Assembly: GCF_036971445.1 (NCBI RefSeq)
Contig: NC_091475.1
Location: forward strand, 31,620,001 to 31,684,000
Length of the DNA: 64,000 nucleotides
Reading direction: 5' to 3'
From: Narcine bancroftii
Lineage: Eukaryota
Positions 37,767 through 51,254 of the stretch are shown piece by piece. A model generated the notes under the pieces. It was given only the letters and a program-made list of their open reading frames with translations, was not told where the DNA came from and did not search any database. Position numbers and translations under genes: made by a program. Every line of letters starts with the position of its first letter. The first letter of the stretch is position 1.

Positions 37767-39169
37767 CTCCGCTCGAGAATTCCGCGTTTCGTTGTGATCA
37801 GCTCATGGGTGACGACCATAATTAACCAGGGGAGAATCGAAGACAAAAGAAACTTCAGTAAACAGGAGTACTGGTGAAACAATACCGGTTTGCAACGACA
37901 ACGCCTTTCCCATTACAAATGTATTTCTAAACCAGGACGTTACTGGAGGAAAAAAAAACTGAGATACGAGCCAGTGGCTCAAAGGACAGTGTGCCATCAG
38001 TATCTGTATATGCTAGTGAGGCTGGTTTTGTAATGAAAGATCAAGCAAATACCTGAAACAGCCAACTTATCTTATGGAAAGTGTTTTGCTTTTCACTACC
38101 ACAAAAAAATCTTACTTCCAGCACTCCTCAGTGCCTTGACTATAAATCTGTATACAACAAATGAATATATTTTAAGTGATTACACAAAAACATTCTCCCT
38201 CCACTTCTCTTATGGTGACATGCTGAACCTTTTCACAACTGTATTACAGGTGGCTTAGAAATTCAATAAATACATGACTTCATTTGCCTGTTTACATCTT
38301 CCAGGGGCACGGGTAAACTTGGCAGATCTAACTCCCCATCACCGCCACTCATATATGAACACCACAGTGCTGGTGGCTTGCTTGCTTGATAGGGCACAAT
38401 CCTTGCCAATTTAAGTTCAAGAAAATTAAAGGCAATATTTTCAGCACCCACTTTAAACCCTCATTTCTTGTCATCACCGCATACCTCTACTCCCCTACTC
38501 ATTTAGAGTGAATCGGATTGCATGAACCTCATGAACCAGTGTGGAATTTCAAAGGCAAACACCATCCAGGACTAAAATTGACTTTCATTTCTATCACTTC
38601 CCTCCTGGTTTTGACTCAATACCACTGAAACAGCTTGATGAAGCTGTTCGGAGAGAAAATGGGTCTGTTGCACATTATTTGGATGAAAAATTAAGTCACA
38701 AATCAATAATTTTGCAGGGCTATACCTTTCACTCGAAAGGATCCTGAAAATCATCCAAAACTAAGCAAACTTAGGATTCCAAACAGCCATGAGCAGGAGC
38801 TTTTTATGTACTAAGAAGGATGCTGCTCCTGCTTTAAAACCCCTCAGAGGAATAAAGGGTGCATGGAACAGTGCAAATGTTAGGGTCAGCTCAGCTCCTG
38901 TTGCCATTCAAGTGACATCTTAACCACTACCCCCGCTTACATGGAAGTGGTGTTATTTCCCTGCCTTCCCAAACCACTTCACAAAATTCCGGAGGACTGC
39001 ATAAAACTTCTTTCCCTCTTCCGAACTACCAGAGATCTGTTTCCACTGAGAAAAGGAACCTAAAATTCTTCTGCCTAAATAGTTATGATAGCACTGGAGG
39101 CATTTAGGAAATAACAACTCAATATGATTACTGAAATAGCTCACAAAACTCAGCTACTCACACTTCACG

Positions 39170-40440
39170 TACTAACATCTACTGCGATGAGATGGTTTGA
39201 GAGGTTGGTCATGGCCAGAATTAACACATACCCAAGCAAAGGACTGGACCCACTGCAATTTGCCTATCTTCACAATCACCTCAAAGCAGGTACAATATTA
39301 CTGGCTTTCCACTCAGCTCTAGAACACAGCAATTCATACATACGGCTGCTTTTCATAATCCACAGCTCAGCCTTGAACACAATTATTCCCTCAGTGCTGG
39401 TCAACAAGGCTCCAAATCTTGCACCTCTACACCCCTCCCCCCTGCAACTAGATCCTTGATTTTCTCATCAGAAGACCACTGTCAGTATGAATTAGAAACA
39501 ACGTTTCCTCCTCACTGACTATCTACACAGGAGCACTTCAAGGATGAATACTTATCCCACGACTCTACTCATTATACACCAATGACTGTGTGGCCAGGCA
39601 CAATTCCAATGCTATCTACAAATTTGCCAATGAGACCACCATTGTCAGCAGAATCACAAATGGCAATGAGGAAGCGTACAGGGGGGAGATAAATCAGCTA
39701 GTTGAGTGGTGTCACACCGACAATCTTGCACTCAATGTTAGGAAAACCAAGAAGATGATTGTGGACCAGAAGGAAATCAGGAGAACATGATCTAGTTCTT
39801 GTCGAGGGCTCAGTAGTGGACAGGGTCAAGAACTTCAAATTCCTGGGTGTCAACATCTCCGAGGATTTGTCCTGGAGCCTCCATGTCGATGCAATCATGA
39901 AGAAGCGGCTATACTTTGAGAGGTGTTTGAGAAGATTTGGTACATCACCAAAGACTCTCAAAAACTCCTACAGACGTAGTGTGGAGAGCATTCTGGCTGG
40001 TTCCATCAATGTGGGGTATGGAGGAGCCAATGCTCAGGACAAGAAAAAATTCCACAGGGTTGTTAACTCGACCTGCAACATCACAGGCACCAGACTTTTC
40101 TCCATTGAGGATACCTACAAGAGGTGGTGTCTTAAGAAAGCAGCCTCTATCCTCAAGGAACCCCACCACCCAGGCCATGCCCTCTTACCTCTCCTATCAT
40201 CAGGAAAAAAGGACCGGAGCCTAAACATGATCACTCTTAGAACAAAAATAGTTTCTTCCCTGCTGCCATCGGATTCCTGAATGATCAGTGAACCAAAGAT
40301 ACTTCACTTTTACTTTTCATGCACTGTTTTTGTTAATTTTTGTAAGGTGGTTTATACAAATATTCACACAGTGACGCTGCCGCAAAACAACAAATTTCAT
40401 GACTTGTTTATGACAATAAATTCTGATTCTGATTCTAATT
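39170..40440 (+). mobile_element. Rex-Babar-type LINE, 5'-truncated
   Basis: LTST.MR.FERLV, LDPLQFAY, IYKFA.ETT and FKFLGVNISEDLSW; tail aataaattctgattctgattct. Confidence 0.88.
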
Positions 40441-40547
40441 CTGAATTATGGGAATATCTATGTCCCCACAAAAACAACCTCACGTCGACTTGATGGGGAG
40501 TCAATAAAGACCCATATTTAAAAATGAATTTAAAAACACCCACTCTA

Positions 40548-43500
40548 TCTTCTTTGGCTTGGCTTCGCGGACGAAGATTTATGGAGGGGTAAATGTCCAT
40601 GTCAGCTGCAGGCTCGTTTGTGGCTGACAAGTCCGATGCGGGACAGGCAGACATGGTTGCAGCGGTTGCAGGGGAAAATTGGTTGGTTGGGGTTGGGTGT
40701 TGGGTTTTTTCTCCTTTGTCTTTTGTCAGTGAGGTGGGCTCTGCGGTCTTCTTCAAAGGAGGTTGCTGCCCGCCGAACTGTGAGGCGCCAAGATGCACGG
40801 TTTGAGGCGATATCAGCCCACTGGCAGTGGTCAATGTGGCAGGCACCAAGAGATTTCTTTAGGCAGTCCTTGTACCTCTTCTTTGGTGCACCTCTGACAC
40901 GATGGCCAGTGGAGAGCTCACCATATAACACGATCTTGGGGAGGCGATGGTCCTCCATTCTGGAGACGTGACCTACCCAGCACAGTTTGATCTTCAACAG
41001 CGTGGATTCGATGCTGTCGGCCTCTGCCATCTTGAGTACTTCGATGTTAGGGATGAAGTTACTCCAATGAATGTTGAGGATGGAACAGAGACAACGCCGG
41101 TGGAAGAGTTCTAGGAGCCATAGGTGATGCCGGTAGAGGACCCATGATTCGGAGCCGAACAAGAGTGTGGGTATGACAACGGCTCTGTATACGCTTATCT
41201 TTGTGCGGTTTTTCAGTTGGTTGTTTTTCCAGACTCTTTTGTGTAGTCTTCCAAAGGCGCTATTTGCCTTGGCGAGTCTGTTGTCTATCACGTTGTCGAT
41301 CCTTGCATCCGATGAAATGGTGCAGCCGAGATAGGTAAACTGGTTGACCGTTTTGAGTTTTGTGTGCCCGATGGAGATGTGGGGGGGGGCTGGTAGTCAT
41401 GGTGGGGAGCTGGCTGATGGAGGACCTCAGTTTTCTTCAGGCTGACTTCCAGGCTAAACATTTTGGCAGTTTCCGCAAAACAGGACGTCAAGCGCTGAAG
41501 AGCTGGCTCTGAATGGGCAACTAAAGCAGCATCGTCTGCAAAGAGTAGTTCATTGACAAGTTGCTCTTGTGTCTTGGTGTGAGCTTTCAGGCGCCTCAGA
41601 TTGAAGAGACTGCCATCCGTGCGGTACCGGATGTAAACAGCGTCTTCATTGTTGAGGTCTTTCATGGCTTGGTTCAGCATCATGCTGAAGAAGATTGAAA
41701 AGAGGGTTGGTGTGAGAACCCAGCCTTGCTTCACGCCATTGTTTATGGAGAAGGGTTTATCAGAGAGCTCATTGCTGTATCTGACCCGACCTTGTTGGTT
41801 TTCGTGCAGTTGGATAACCATGTTGAGGAACTTTGGGGGGCATCCGAGGCGCTCTAGTATTTGCCAAAGCCCTTTCCTGCTCACGGTGTCGAAGGCTTTG
41901 GTGAGGTCAACAAAGGTGATGTAGAGTCCTTTGTTTTGTTCTCTGCACTTTTCTTGGAGCTGTCTGAGGGCAAAGACCATGTCAGTAGTTCCTCTGTTTG
42001 CGCGAAAGCCGCACTGTTATTCTGGGAGAACGTTCTCGGCGACACTAGGTATTATTCTATTTAGGAGAATCCTAGCGAAGATTTTGCCTGCAATGGAGAG
42101 CAGCGTGATTCCCCTGTAGTTTGAGCAGTCTGATTTTTCGCCTTTGTTTTTGTACAGGGTGATGATGATGGCATCACGAAGGTCCTGAGGCAGTTTTCCT
42201 TGGTCCCAGCAAAGCTTGAAAAACTCATGCAGTTTGGCATGTGGAGTTTTGCCGCCAGCCTTCCAGACCTCTGGGGGGGGGGGGGTGGGGGATTCCATCC
42301 ATACCTGCTGCTTTGCCACTTTTCAGTTGTTCAATTGCCTTATATGTCTCTTCCCGGGTGAGGACCTCATCCAGCTCTAGCCTTAGGGGCTGTTGAGTGA
42401 GCTGCAGCAGGGCAGAATCTTGGACTGAGCGGTTGGCACTGAAAAGAGATTTCAAGTGTTCTGACCATCGGTTGAGGATGGAGATCTTGTCGCTGAGGGG
42501 GACTTTGCCGTCTGAGCTGCACAGCGGGCTTTGGACTTGGGGTGAGGAGCCATACACAGCCTTTAGAGCCTCGTAAAAACCCCTGAAGTCGCCAATGTCT
42601 GCGCTGAGCTGGGTTCGTTTGGCGAGGCTAGTCCACCACTCATTTTGTATCTCCCGGAGTTTGCGCTGAAGATGGCTGCATGCACGACGGAAGGCTTGTT
42701 TCTTCTCTGGCCAGGACGGCTTTGTAAGGTGAGCCTGGTGGGCAGCTCGCTTCTTTGCTAGAAGCTCCTGGATTTCCTGGCTGTTTTCGTCGAACCAGTC
42801 CTTGTTTTTCCTGGAGGAGAAGCCCAGTACCTCTTCAGTGGATTGCAGTATGGTAGTCTTCAGCTGATCCCAGAGGGCTTCAGGGGACGAATCCGTGAGG
42901 CGGATTGCATCCTCGAGCTTTGCTTTGTGGTTTGCCTGGAAGTTTCCTCTCACTTCGTCTGACTGCAGGTTTCCAACATTGAACCTCTTTCTGGGGGCTT
43001 TACTGTTCCTGGGCTTTGGCTTGAAGTGAAGGTTGAGCTTGCAGCGAACCAGCCGGTGCTCAGTGTGGCATTCTGCACTGGGCATGACATCTCGTTTGTC
43101 TCTTTCTCGCACCAGGACGTAGTCCAGGAGGTGCCAGTGTTTGGATCGGGAATGCATCCAGGTAGTCTTCAGGCTGTCCCTCTGCTGACAAAGGTGTTTG
43201 TAATGACAAGCCGCTGTTCTGCGCAGAGCTCCAACAGGAGGCGCCCATTGTCGTTGCACTTGCCGACACCATGCTTGCCCAGGATTTCTGGCCAGGTTTC
43301 TGAGTCTTTGCCGACGCGAGCGTTGAAGTCGCCAAGGATGAAAACCTTGTCGGCTGGAGGGGTGCGTTGAATGAGGTTGTGCAGATCAGTGTAGAACTTG
43401 TCCTTTTCTGCTTGTTCCGCCTGGAGGGTTGGAGCATAGACACTGATGAGGGTGATGCGACGCTTGTTTTGAAGGGGGAGTCGCATGGACATAATCCGGT

Positions 43501-44340
43501 CCGAGTGGCCTGTCGGGAGGTTTTTGAGTTTGGAGGCAATGGAATTCTTGACCATGAAGCCTACACCAGATAGGTGTCGTTCATCCATAGGCTTGCCAGA
43601 CCAGTAGAGTGTGTAGCCCGCGCCGCGTTCTTGGAGGCTGCCTACATCTGCAAGGCGGACTTCGCTGAGAGCGGCTATGTCGATGTCGTCTGAAGAGTTC
43701 ATGTGCGATGAGGGCAGACCGACATTCAGGTTGGTGTCTCGTCCTTGTCTAGCATGGTTCTGATGTTCCAGCATGCTAGCTTGAGTTTGTGAGCATCTTT
43801 TGAGGGGGAGGACGTGGAGGGGGAAGACGTGGAGGGGGAGGACATGGAACTGTCCTCGGGCCTGTGCAAAGGAGCTTTTAGGTGGAGTGCAGTGTGCGCA
43901 GTACTGGCCCCACCCTTTACACCCATGGTTCGTGTGCCATGGCCAAGCAAACTGGGACGTGGCAGCGAGGTCCTTGGGTCGTAGGTTTTATATCGGAGTG
44001 GCCTTCTCCTATGCAGGTTTCTTTCCCGGGCTGGAGGGGCCTGCCTCCCCTCCTAGGTTGGACCATACTGCCCGGACAGGGGCCGGGGTCGCCGCTGCTT
44101 TCCCTGTGCCCGGACCGGGGCTGCCGCCTCCTACTTTTTGCTCAGACCGGGACCTCCGCCTGCCTCACTCGACCGAGGCCGGGGCCGCCGCCTCCCCTTC
44201 GCTCTTGCCTGGATCGGGGCCGCTGCCTGCCTCACTCGACCGAGGCCGGGGCCGCTGCCTCCCCTTTGTTCTTGCCCGGATCGGGGCCGCCGCCTGCCTC
44301 ACTCGACCAAGGCCAGGGCTGCCGCCTCCCCCTCGCTTCT
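40548..44340 (-). mobile_element. Near full-length RTE (BovB-group-like) LINE, disabled
   Basis: APE (LKLACWNIRTMLD, ALSEVRL, ISVYAPT, ILGDFNARVG, HLLDYVL), RT (NYRGITLLS, FVDLTKAFD, LLFADD) and C-terminal CNRC..H...C, broken by frameshifts and a stop at 42017; GC-rich tandem 5' region. Confidence 0.93.
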
Positions 44341-44369
44341 GACCGGATTCTATACTTCTATACTTTAAG

Positions 44370-45815
44370 ACCATAAGACATAGGAGCAGAAATAGGTCAT
44401 TCAGCCCATCGAGTCTGCTCCGCCATTTAATCATGAACTGATCCATTTTCCCACTCAGCCTCTCTGCCTGGCCTTGTCCCTCAAATCTTTGATGCCCTGG
44501 CTATCAACAAGCTATCGATCTATGTGTGAATACACCCATAGAACCATAGAATAATTACAGCACAGAAACAGGCCACTTCAACTCCTTTAGTCTGTGCTTA
44601 GTCCCACTGATCTGCACTCAGTCCATAGTCCTCCATACCTCTCCCATCCATATAACTTTCCAAATTTCCCTTAAATGTTAAGATCGAGCCCACATCTACC
44701 ACTTTAGCTGGAAGCCCATTCCACACTCCCACCACTCTCTGAGTGAAGAAGTTCCCCCTCATGTTCCCCCTAAACTTTTTCCCTTTCACCCATGTCTTCT
44801 TGTTTGAATCTCACCCATCCTCAATGGAAAAAGTCTATCTACATTTTCTCTGTCTATCCCCCTCATAATTTTAAACACCTCTATCAAATCACCCCTCATT
44901 CTTCCATGCTCCGGGGAATAAGTCTGAACCTGTTTAACCTTTCCCTGTAACTCAGTCCCTGAAGTCCAGCAACATCCTAGTAAATCTTCTCTGCCCTCTC
45001 TCTAATCTTATTGGTATCCTTCTTGTAGTTAGATGACCAAAACTGCACACAATTCTCCAAAACTGGCCTCACCAATGTCTTGTACAACTTTAACATAGCA
45101 TCCCACCTCCTGTACTCAATACTTTGATTTATGAAGGCCAATGACTTGGTCTGCACAACTGCCTGTGGCAACAAATTCCACAGATTTACCACCCTCCGCA
45201 TCTCTGTTCTATGTGGATGCCCTTCAATCCTGAAGTTGTGCCTTCTTGTCCTAGACTTTTCAACCATGGGAAACAACCTTTTTACATCTCCTCTGTCCAT
45301 GCCTTTCAACATTTGAAATGTTTTAATTAGATCTTCCCTCATTCCCCTAAATTCCAATGTGTACAGGCAAAGAGTTGTCAAATGTTCCACATATGATAAA
45401 CCTTTCATTCCCAGATCATCTAAGTGAACCTCCTCTGAGACCTCTCTAACGTCAGCACATCCTTTCTTAAATGAGGAGCTCAAAAATGCTCACAATACTC
45501 CAAGTGAGGTCTTACGAGTGCCTTATAAAACATCAACATCACATCCCTGCTCTTAAATTCTATTCTTCTTAAATGAATGCCAGCATTGCATTGGGCGTCT
45601 TCACCACTGACAACATGAAAGTTTACCTTCAGGCTATCCCACATGAAGACTCCCAAGGCCCCTTTGCATCTGGGTATTTTCAGTTTACTCCCCATTTAGA
45701 AAATAGCCTCTACCCATTATTTGTTCGACCAAAGTGCACGACCATTCATGTTCTGACATTCTATTTCATTTGCCACTTCTCTGCCCATTCTCCTAATCTG
45801 TCTGTCCATCTACAG
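44370..45815 (-). mobile_element. Nested CR1 LINE 3' fragments from at least two subfamilies
   Basis: LVRP.LE.CVQFWS occurs twice; NFFTQRVVGVWNGLP; tails cataagacataggagcagaa and catagaaccatagaa. Confidence 0.85.
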
Positions 45816-46199
45816 CCTCAGTGCTCATTTCCTCTGCTTGAGGGTGAACCTGTCCCCTAACTATCAAAACAATGAATTTATCCTTGGGTTCTAACTCAAG
45901 CTATTTTTTTGGCTTTGATCCTTACCATTAAATTTAAAATTGCTCTTCACAGGTAAGACCCCAGTGGGAAGTGGTCAGTTGACTCATGGGACTATGGGTT
46001 TAGAGCCTTAATTACAGTATTAAGCAACATAGAAACTGGGTGTTGTCATTTGAAAAAATAAACATCAAGTACATGGGAAGAAGAAAAACAATCACCCTGA
46101 ACCAACGTAAAAGATAGAAATAGGCTTGTTCAAAATAATTGTCCGGAGTGCAAATAATGTTCTTGTTATTTTCTACATCCAGAGATAATAGTGTAATGT

Positions 46200-46616
46200 T
46201 GTAGCAGGCCACTGAACGCACCATGCCCAAAGCGGCGACTGGAAACCGGGAGCCCGCGGCCTACACAGTCGGCCAAGATGGGCTACGTGCTTCGAGACGG
46301 CATTCGACTCAGCAGCACGCAGCTGCTGTGCCCCACTCTGATGGGCTGGCCAGCAGCAGCCCATCGGGTGGAGCTAGGGAAGCAGCCACACCCGGGGATG
46401 AGCGGGGCTCACTGTTTGGCAGCTCCCCGGACAGCACTAAACAACCAAACCCAGGAAGTGGATTGTAATGGCACCAGTCAGGTGGCATGATGATGTCAGA
46501 GACTGGCTTCTGAGCCCTTTATAAGCAGGGCTGCCAACACAATAAAGCAGTGTTGAATTCACTCCCTTAGTGTGTCTTCTTTGAGTGTAACCTCTCCAGC
46601 AGTAGCAGCCACTTCA
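46200..46616 (+). mobile_element. Solo LTR (Gypsy-like)
   Basis: TG...CA ends, 4-bp TSD ATGT, TATA-like tttataa near 46518 and AATAAA at 46541. Confidence 0.8.
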
Positions 46617-49483
46617 ATGTTTAGATTACACTTGAGGTGCTCTTATACGACAAAGAACAACCCTCTCCCCATGCAGTAAAATGTTGTATTTGTCTAATCT
46701 TTGTTTTAATTTAATTGTAATTGTAGGAATACTTTACACAGAAATAGCTGAAGCGCGAACACAAGTAACATGAGTGACAAAATCGTGAGTGCATCATTAA
46801 ACTGTGTTATTAGGACAAAGGAATCTCTGGTTGTGTTTGTTACAAATTTCTTAGAGTCTGAAAACAGCAAAGAAAGCTAACAGTAATGAAATGCCACACA
46901 TTGCTGAGGCCATCTGCATTGCACAGCAAGGCACTGATTCAGAATGATCACTGTAGAGCTGAAATTAGTCTGTCTCTTCGGCGCTCCAGTGACATTCAAA
47001 TTCCACCTCATGCAATTTTCAGCTGATTTGAAGAGGCAGGCAGCCCATTTGTAGGTGTAAAGCTGTTAATGTATTCACACTATCATTTGTTGATTGATTG
47101 TTGCTCTTGTTCACTTGCTGTACCATTAGTAAATTATCAGAAAATGGCACATGGAAGTTGTAATTTTCCAGGACAAGAGGAGGGGGATTGGCCATTTGAT
47201 TCTTTCCTGGGATAAGATCCAGACTCCCCCTTCTTTTTATCCTAGTCCCATCCTGGGGGCCCAGCTAATTTTCCACCTCTTCACTGGATTCCTATTTGTT
47301 GCCCGCTGTTTGCCAACAACATTCAAATGACGATCCACAAAATCCTGCTATGGTTTTGATTACACAGGATTTGGAACTCAGATCAAGCAGGAATCCTACG
47401 GCAATACAACTCTGTAGTAACTGCATGCACACGTAAGGAATAATTAGAATCTGAGCTTCTATCTGATCAGCAAATCATTTACTGTCTGCTCCTTCTGCTC
47501 CTTTTTGGCCATGTTTTCATTCTACAAAGGGTTTAGATCAGCTATTGTTTGAATTTAGCATCTGTACTCATGATGCTCCTGTCAAAAAAAGCTGCAATCT
47601 TTCCCAAAAATAGAAAGCTGTTGATTAAGATTATTTAAAAAAATTAAATGTAAAACCAGAGAACAGAGCTGTTGATTTCATCAGGACACAAATTTTGGAC
47701 TGAACAGCACTGCCTGTCTTTAATGGTGTATTAACAAACTGAAATGATGGAGGATTTTATAGAAAATTCATGAATTTCTCCTTGGTGTTCTGAAGAAAGT
47801 AATTTCTAAAACATGAATATAACTTCTTACTTAATGTGAAAAGGACTCTGGTTACCAGATGTTAATCGATCATAACAAGATCAGAAATATTCTTAAACAA
47901 TTGAGAGAGAAAAAATCAGCTGTTTAACCCCTTTGTTTCTCCAGGATGTTGTTCAATGGTTGGTGCAGACCATTACAGATAAAATAATGTGGGAGCAGAC
48001 TGAGTTGCATTGGTCCTTCAAGAAAATATCCTGTAGCTGCACATTTCTCTAGGCTGTCCTGTAGTGAAGTGAACCCTTATTGCTTGTTTTTGAGACTAGT
48101 GTTTCACCTTAACATCTGAAACAATTGCCAATTATTTCAGAATTTTCAGTGACTCTTGATTGCACCCTGACATCCAATGGTTTCCTTGTGCTCTATAGCT
48201 CAACATAATCATTACAGCCCTTGGGGACTACCAAGCAAGGGAAAGGTGAGTTATGGGGTGGATAGAAGGAGCTCAAACATTCCTATCTATGGCTGTAGTT
48301 ACTTCTTTCTGTGTGGCTCGTCCAACTGGCTACAATGGATTTTATCCTGATACTCTGCATTCTTGAGAGAAAATCAAATTCCTTCTTTATTTTAGGTAAA
48401 TTAGTGGAAATACTTAGGACAGAGAAGCACAGTTAATGGTCAAGGTTCATGACTTGGTCCAATCGCACTTCAAAATTAGCTTCAAAGTTAGATTCTCACC
48501 TTTTCTTTTCCATTGTACAAGTCATTTAACACCACCTTGCATGACACTAGACTATCCATTATTAGCCTCTGACATGATGCTGCATTTTAGAAATCATTCT
48601 TTATGTAATTTTTTTCAGTTAGCTTCCCTTAATGTTCCAATCCCTCCCTGTGATTCTAACCTCACTGATGATCGTTAAACTTTGCCTTTCTGGTATTATA
48701 AGATAAACAAATCTTGGCTGCCTTACACATACTTTTACTCTCTTTCAAAACTTCTGCTGCAGCTATATCTAGGCAGTTAAACAGACAACAATTCCGTTGG
48801 CAGAACCTTACAGAAGTAGCTGTTGCAAGTAGGCATCAAGACACATCCTATTCTTAAGTTCTTGTACCTAAACAGCAACTTGTGTACACTCACTCCATTT
48901 GTTTAAAGTATAAGCGTCTGACTCAGATCATTTTGGAAACAAGCTCACTTTGCATTGGAAATGTGCTATAACTTGGGGCTCGTGCCACGTCTCTAATTTG
49001 TAAGCGTACATAAACTGTTTCAATAATAACCAGCAATGTGTCTTTTATTGGTCATACAAAGCAGCAGCTACAAGTAGCAATCACATTTTAGATTACTGCT
49101 CATGCTTTTCTATTAGTCTATCTTCACGAGATAAAACAGAAGCTCTTCCCTAAGGTGCCAATAATGTCACTGCAATTTTTGTATAATAATATGTCACACT
49201 TTTGACCTCACCACTCCCTAGAATGCATTTCCATCCTGAACTCTTCCTCCCCTTGAGATGGATCTTCTTTGCCTTTCTTTGCCTTCACTTGTTATTGCAT
49301 TGGGAAATAAAACGGGAGGCTTGAATATATCCGTTACCATTAGAGAATTTCCATCCTGCACATCCCAATATTATCATGCTCCTGCAATTTGAACTGTGGT
49401 ATGCAAGGAATTCTAATTAATTGAGTTTTGAGAAGTGAAATACTCAGAGGCTGCTTAGTTTCAGGTATCACTGGGAGTGAGCG

Positions 49484-49498
49484 CAGCACCCTCTGGTG
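49484..49498 (-). promoter_or_regulatory. Candidate CTCF site
   Basis: Minus strand CACCAGAGGGTGCTG closely fits the CTCF core and lies in apparently non-repetitive DNA. Confidence 0.5.
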
Positions 49499-51151
49499 TT
49501 GAAAATATGAAACCTCTATTTGTTCATTTTTTTTCACATTGGATACTTTTTAAATAAAAAATACAGCAAAATTAGAATTTGAACTGTGTGTTGACTGTTT
49601 CCAACATTTTCTATTTTATGAGCCATCTCACTGTGGTATATAAGTTAACATATCAATAATTCAGTGCTATATATAACAAGGCAAGAAAACCTGCCATGTT
49701 TTCAAAGACAATGCTCTACTTCAGTGAGACCTGGAAAACAAAATCAAATAATTAAAAAAGGCTTAATGGTTTCCACTTTACTGCCTCATGTACATTCAAG
49801 ATATCTTTTGATGGGGCAAGGCCTCTAACTTAGAGGTCCGTGAGCATACTTTATTCATCAATACACATTTATTAATCAGCTAATGGTGTCTGTTAGGAAC
49901 TGGCCATGTTCCTTGGATACGTGACAGTGATATTCCCAAAGACATTTTTTGTGATGACATTGACACAAAAAAACTGAAGTATATACCCATATAGACAGGG
50001 CTGCGAGAGGATGACTGACTGTCAAGCTGAATTGGATTCTGCCAAGATACGTAAAAATAATTTATGTTTGAAAGATGTTTTGTCAGTTTATAGTTTTATT
50101 ATAAATTCATGCCGTCAACAAATAGGCAAGAAAAAATACAAATAAGCAGCACCCTGTATGAACCTGTTCTAAACCTCTTTTCAGGCAAAGCTTTAACTCA
50201 CAGATGTATGAATCCTCTATAACTGATTATTCTGGAGAATGTCAGGCTACCTACAAAACTATTAATCTCTTACACGGGTAAATATGAGGGACTCTTAATG
50301 CTTTCAATCCATATTTTAAAAACCAGTTAGCAAAATGGAGATAAATATTATGGTCAACATGAATTATGCATTCCGTCAGGATATTAACAGTGGATACAAT
50401 GTTTGATTTCAAGTAGAATCAGATTATATGGAAGCAGAGTCCAGGAGTACTGCTGTTTGACAACCCAACCAAACTGCACACTAAATGTCTAGGCCCATGA
50501 AGTATTGATTGAGGATGGTTTAAAAATCCCGCATATTCTCACTTCCTGCTCAACCACACATTTGAAACTCTGAAGCGACAATGTTCCTGAGCAATATCTT
50601 AGGATATCTATAGGTTCCAACTCAACTATTATAAATTACTTGAATTTATGGTTATAATTGGATTTATGTCCATCCATATCAGGAATTAACTTGAAATACA
50701 ATCATACCTTTGCTGGAAATCTGCAACAAATACAGACAATGCTGGAAATATCCAATTTCTTTCCACTAGCTTGTCTTGTTGAGAATTCTCAGCATTTAAC
50801 TTGCCTGCTTTATATCATTTCATTCAAAACAATTTGTGGAGGTATCTTGCTTCAGAAGCCCATGCTGGTTATTTGAGAGAGTTGTTTAGTCCCGCTTGTG
50901 GACTGTTTCTTTATCGACCTGCATTTTCTTGAACCCTTTCACAATATTTTTCAAATAATTTTAGAAAAATTCTATTGAATCTTCTTGGAATCAGATCACA
51001 AAGCTTGTAAACTCCTCAGAAGATTACAGTAGAGAGGAAGGTTATTCGGACAATTGAGGCTCCCAGCACAGCAATCTCGTCAGTTCCATTCTACCTCTGA
51101 TTAATCTGCATCTCAGAATTTTATTCTCTCTCTCTTTCTCCTTCTCCCTCT

Positions 51152-51178
51152 TGCATGCATACACACGCGCGCGCGCGT

Positions 51179-51252
<74 letters not shown>
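51152..51252. repeat. (CA)n/(CG)n alternating purine-pyrimidine microsatellite
   Basis: Direct reading; about 100 bp with a short (CG)n core. Confidence 0.95.

Positions 51253-51254
<2 letters not shown>

Larger units (their letters stand above)
36200..37900. promoter_or_regulatory. CpG-rich island over the XK promoter, exon 1 and 5' intron 1
   Basis: Visible CpG and GC enrichment against a CpG-poor background; CCAAT box on the minus strand near 37649-37653. Confidence 0.65.

Noticed and set aside
34950-44340. Tandem arrays as CRISPR-like systems
   Set aside because: Eukaryotic DNA; the repeats abut without unique spacers and there are no cas-like genes.
43800-44446. Pro/Gly/Arg-rich ORFs up to 180 aa
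   Set aside because: By-products of the GC-rich 67-bp array at the RTE 5' end.
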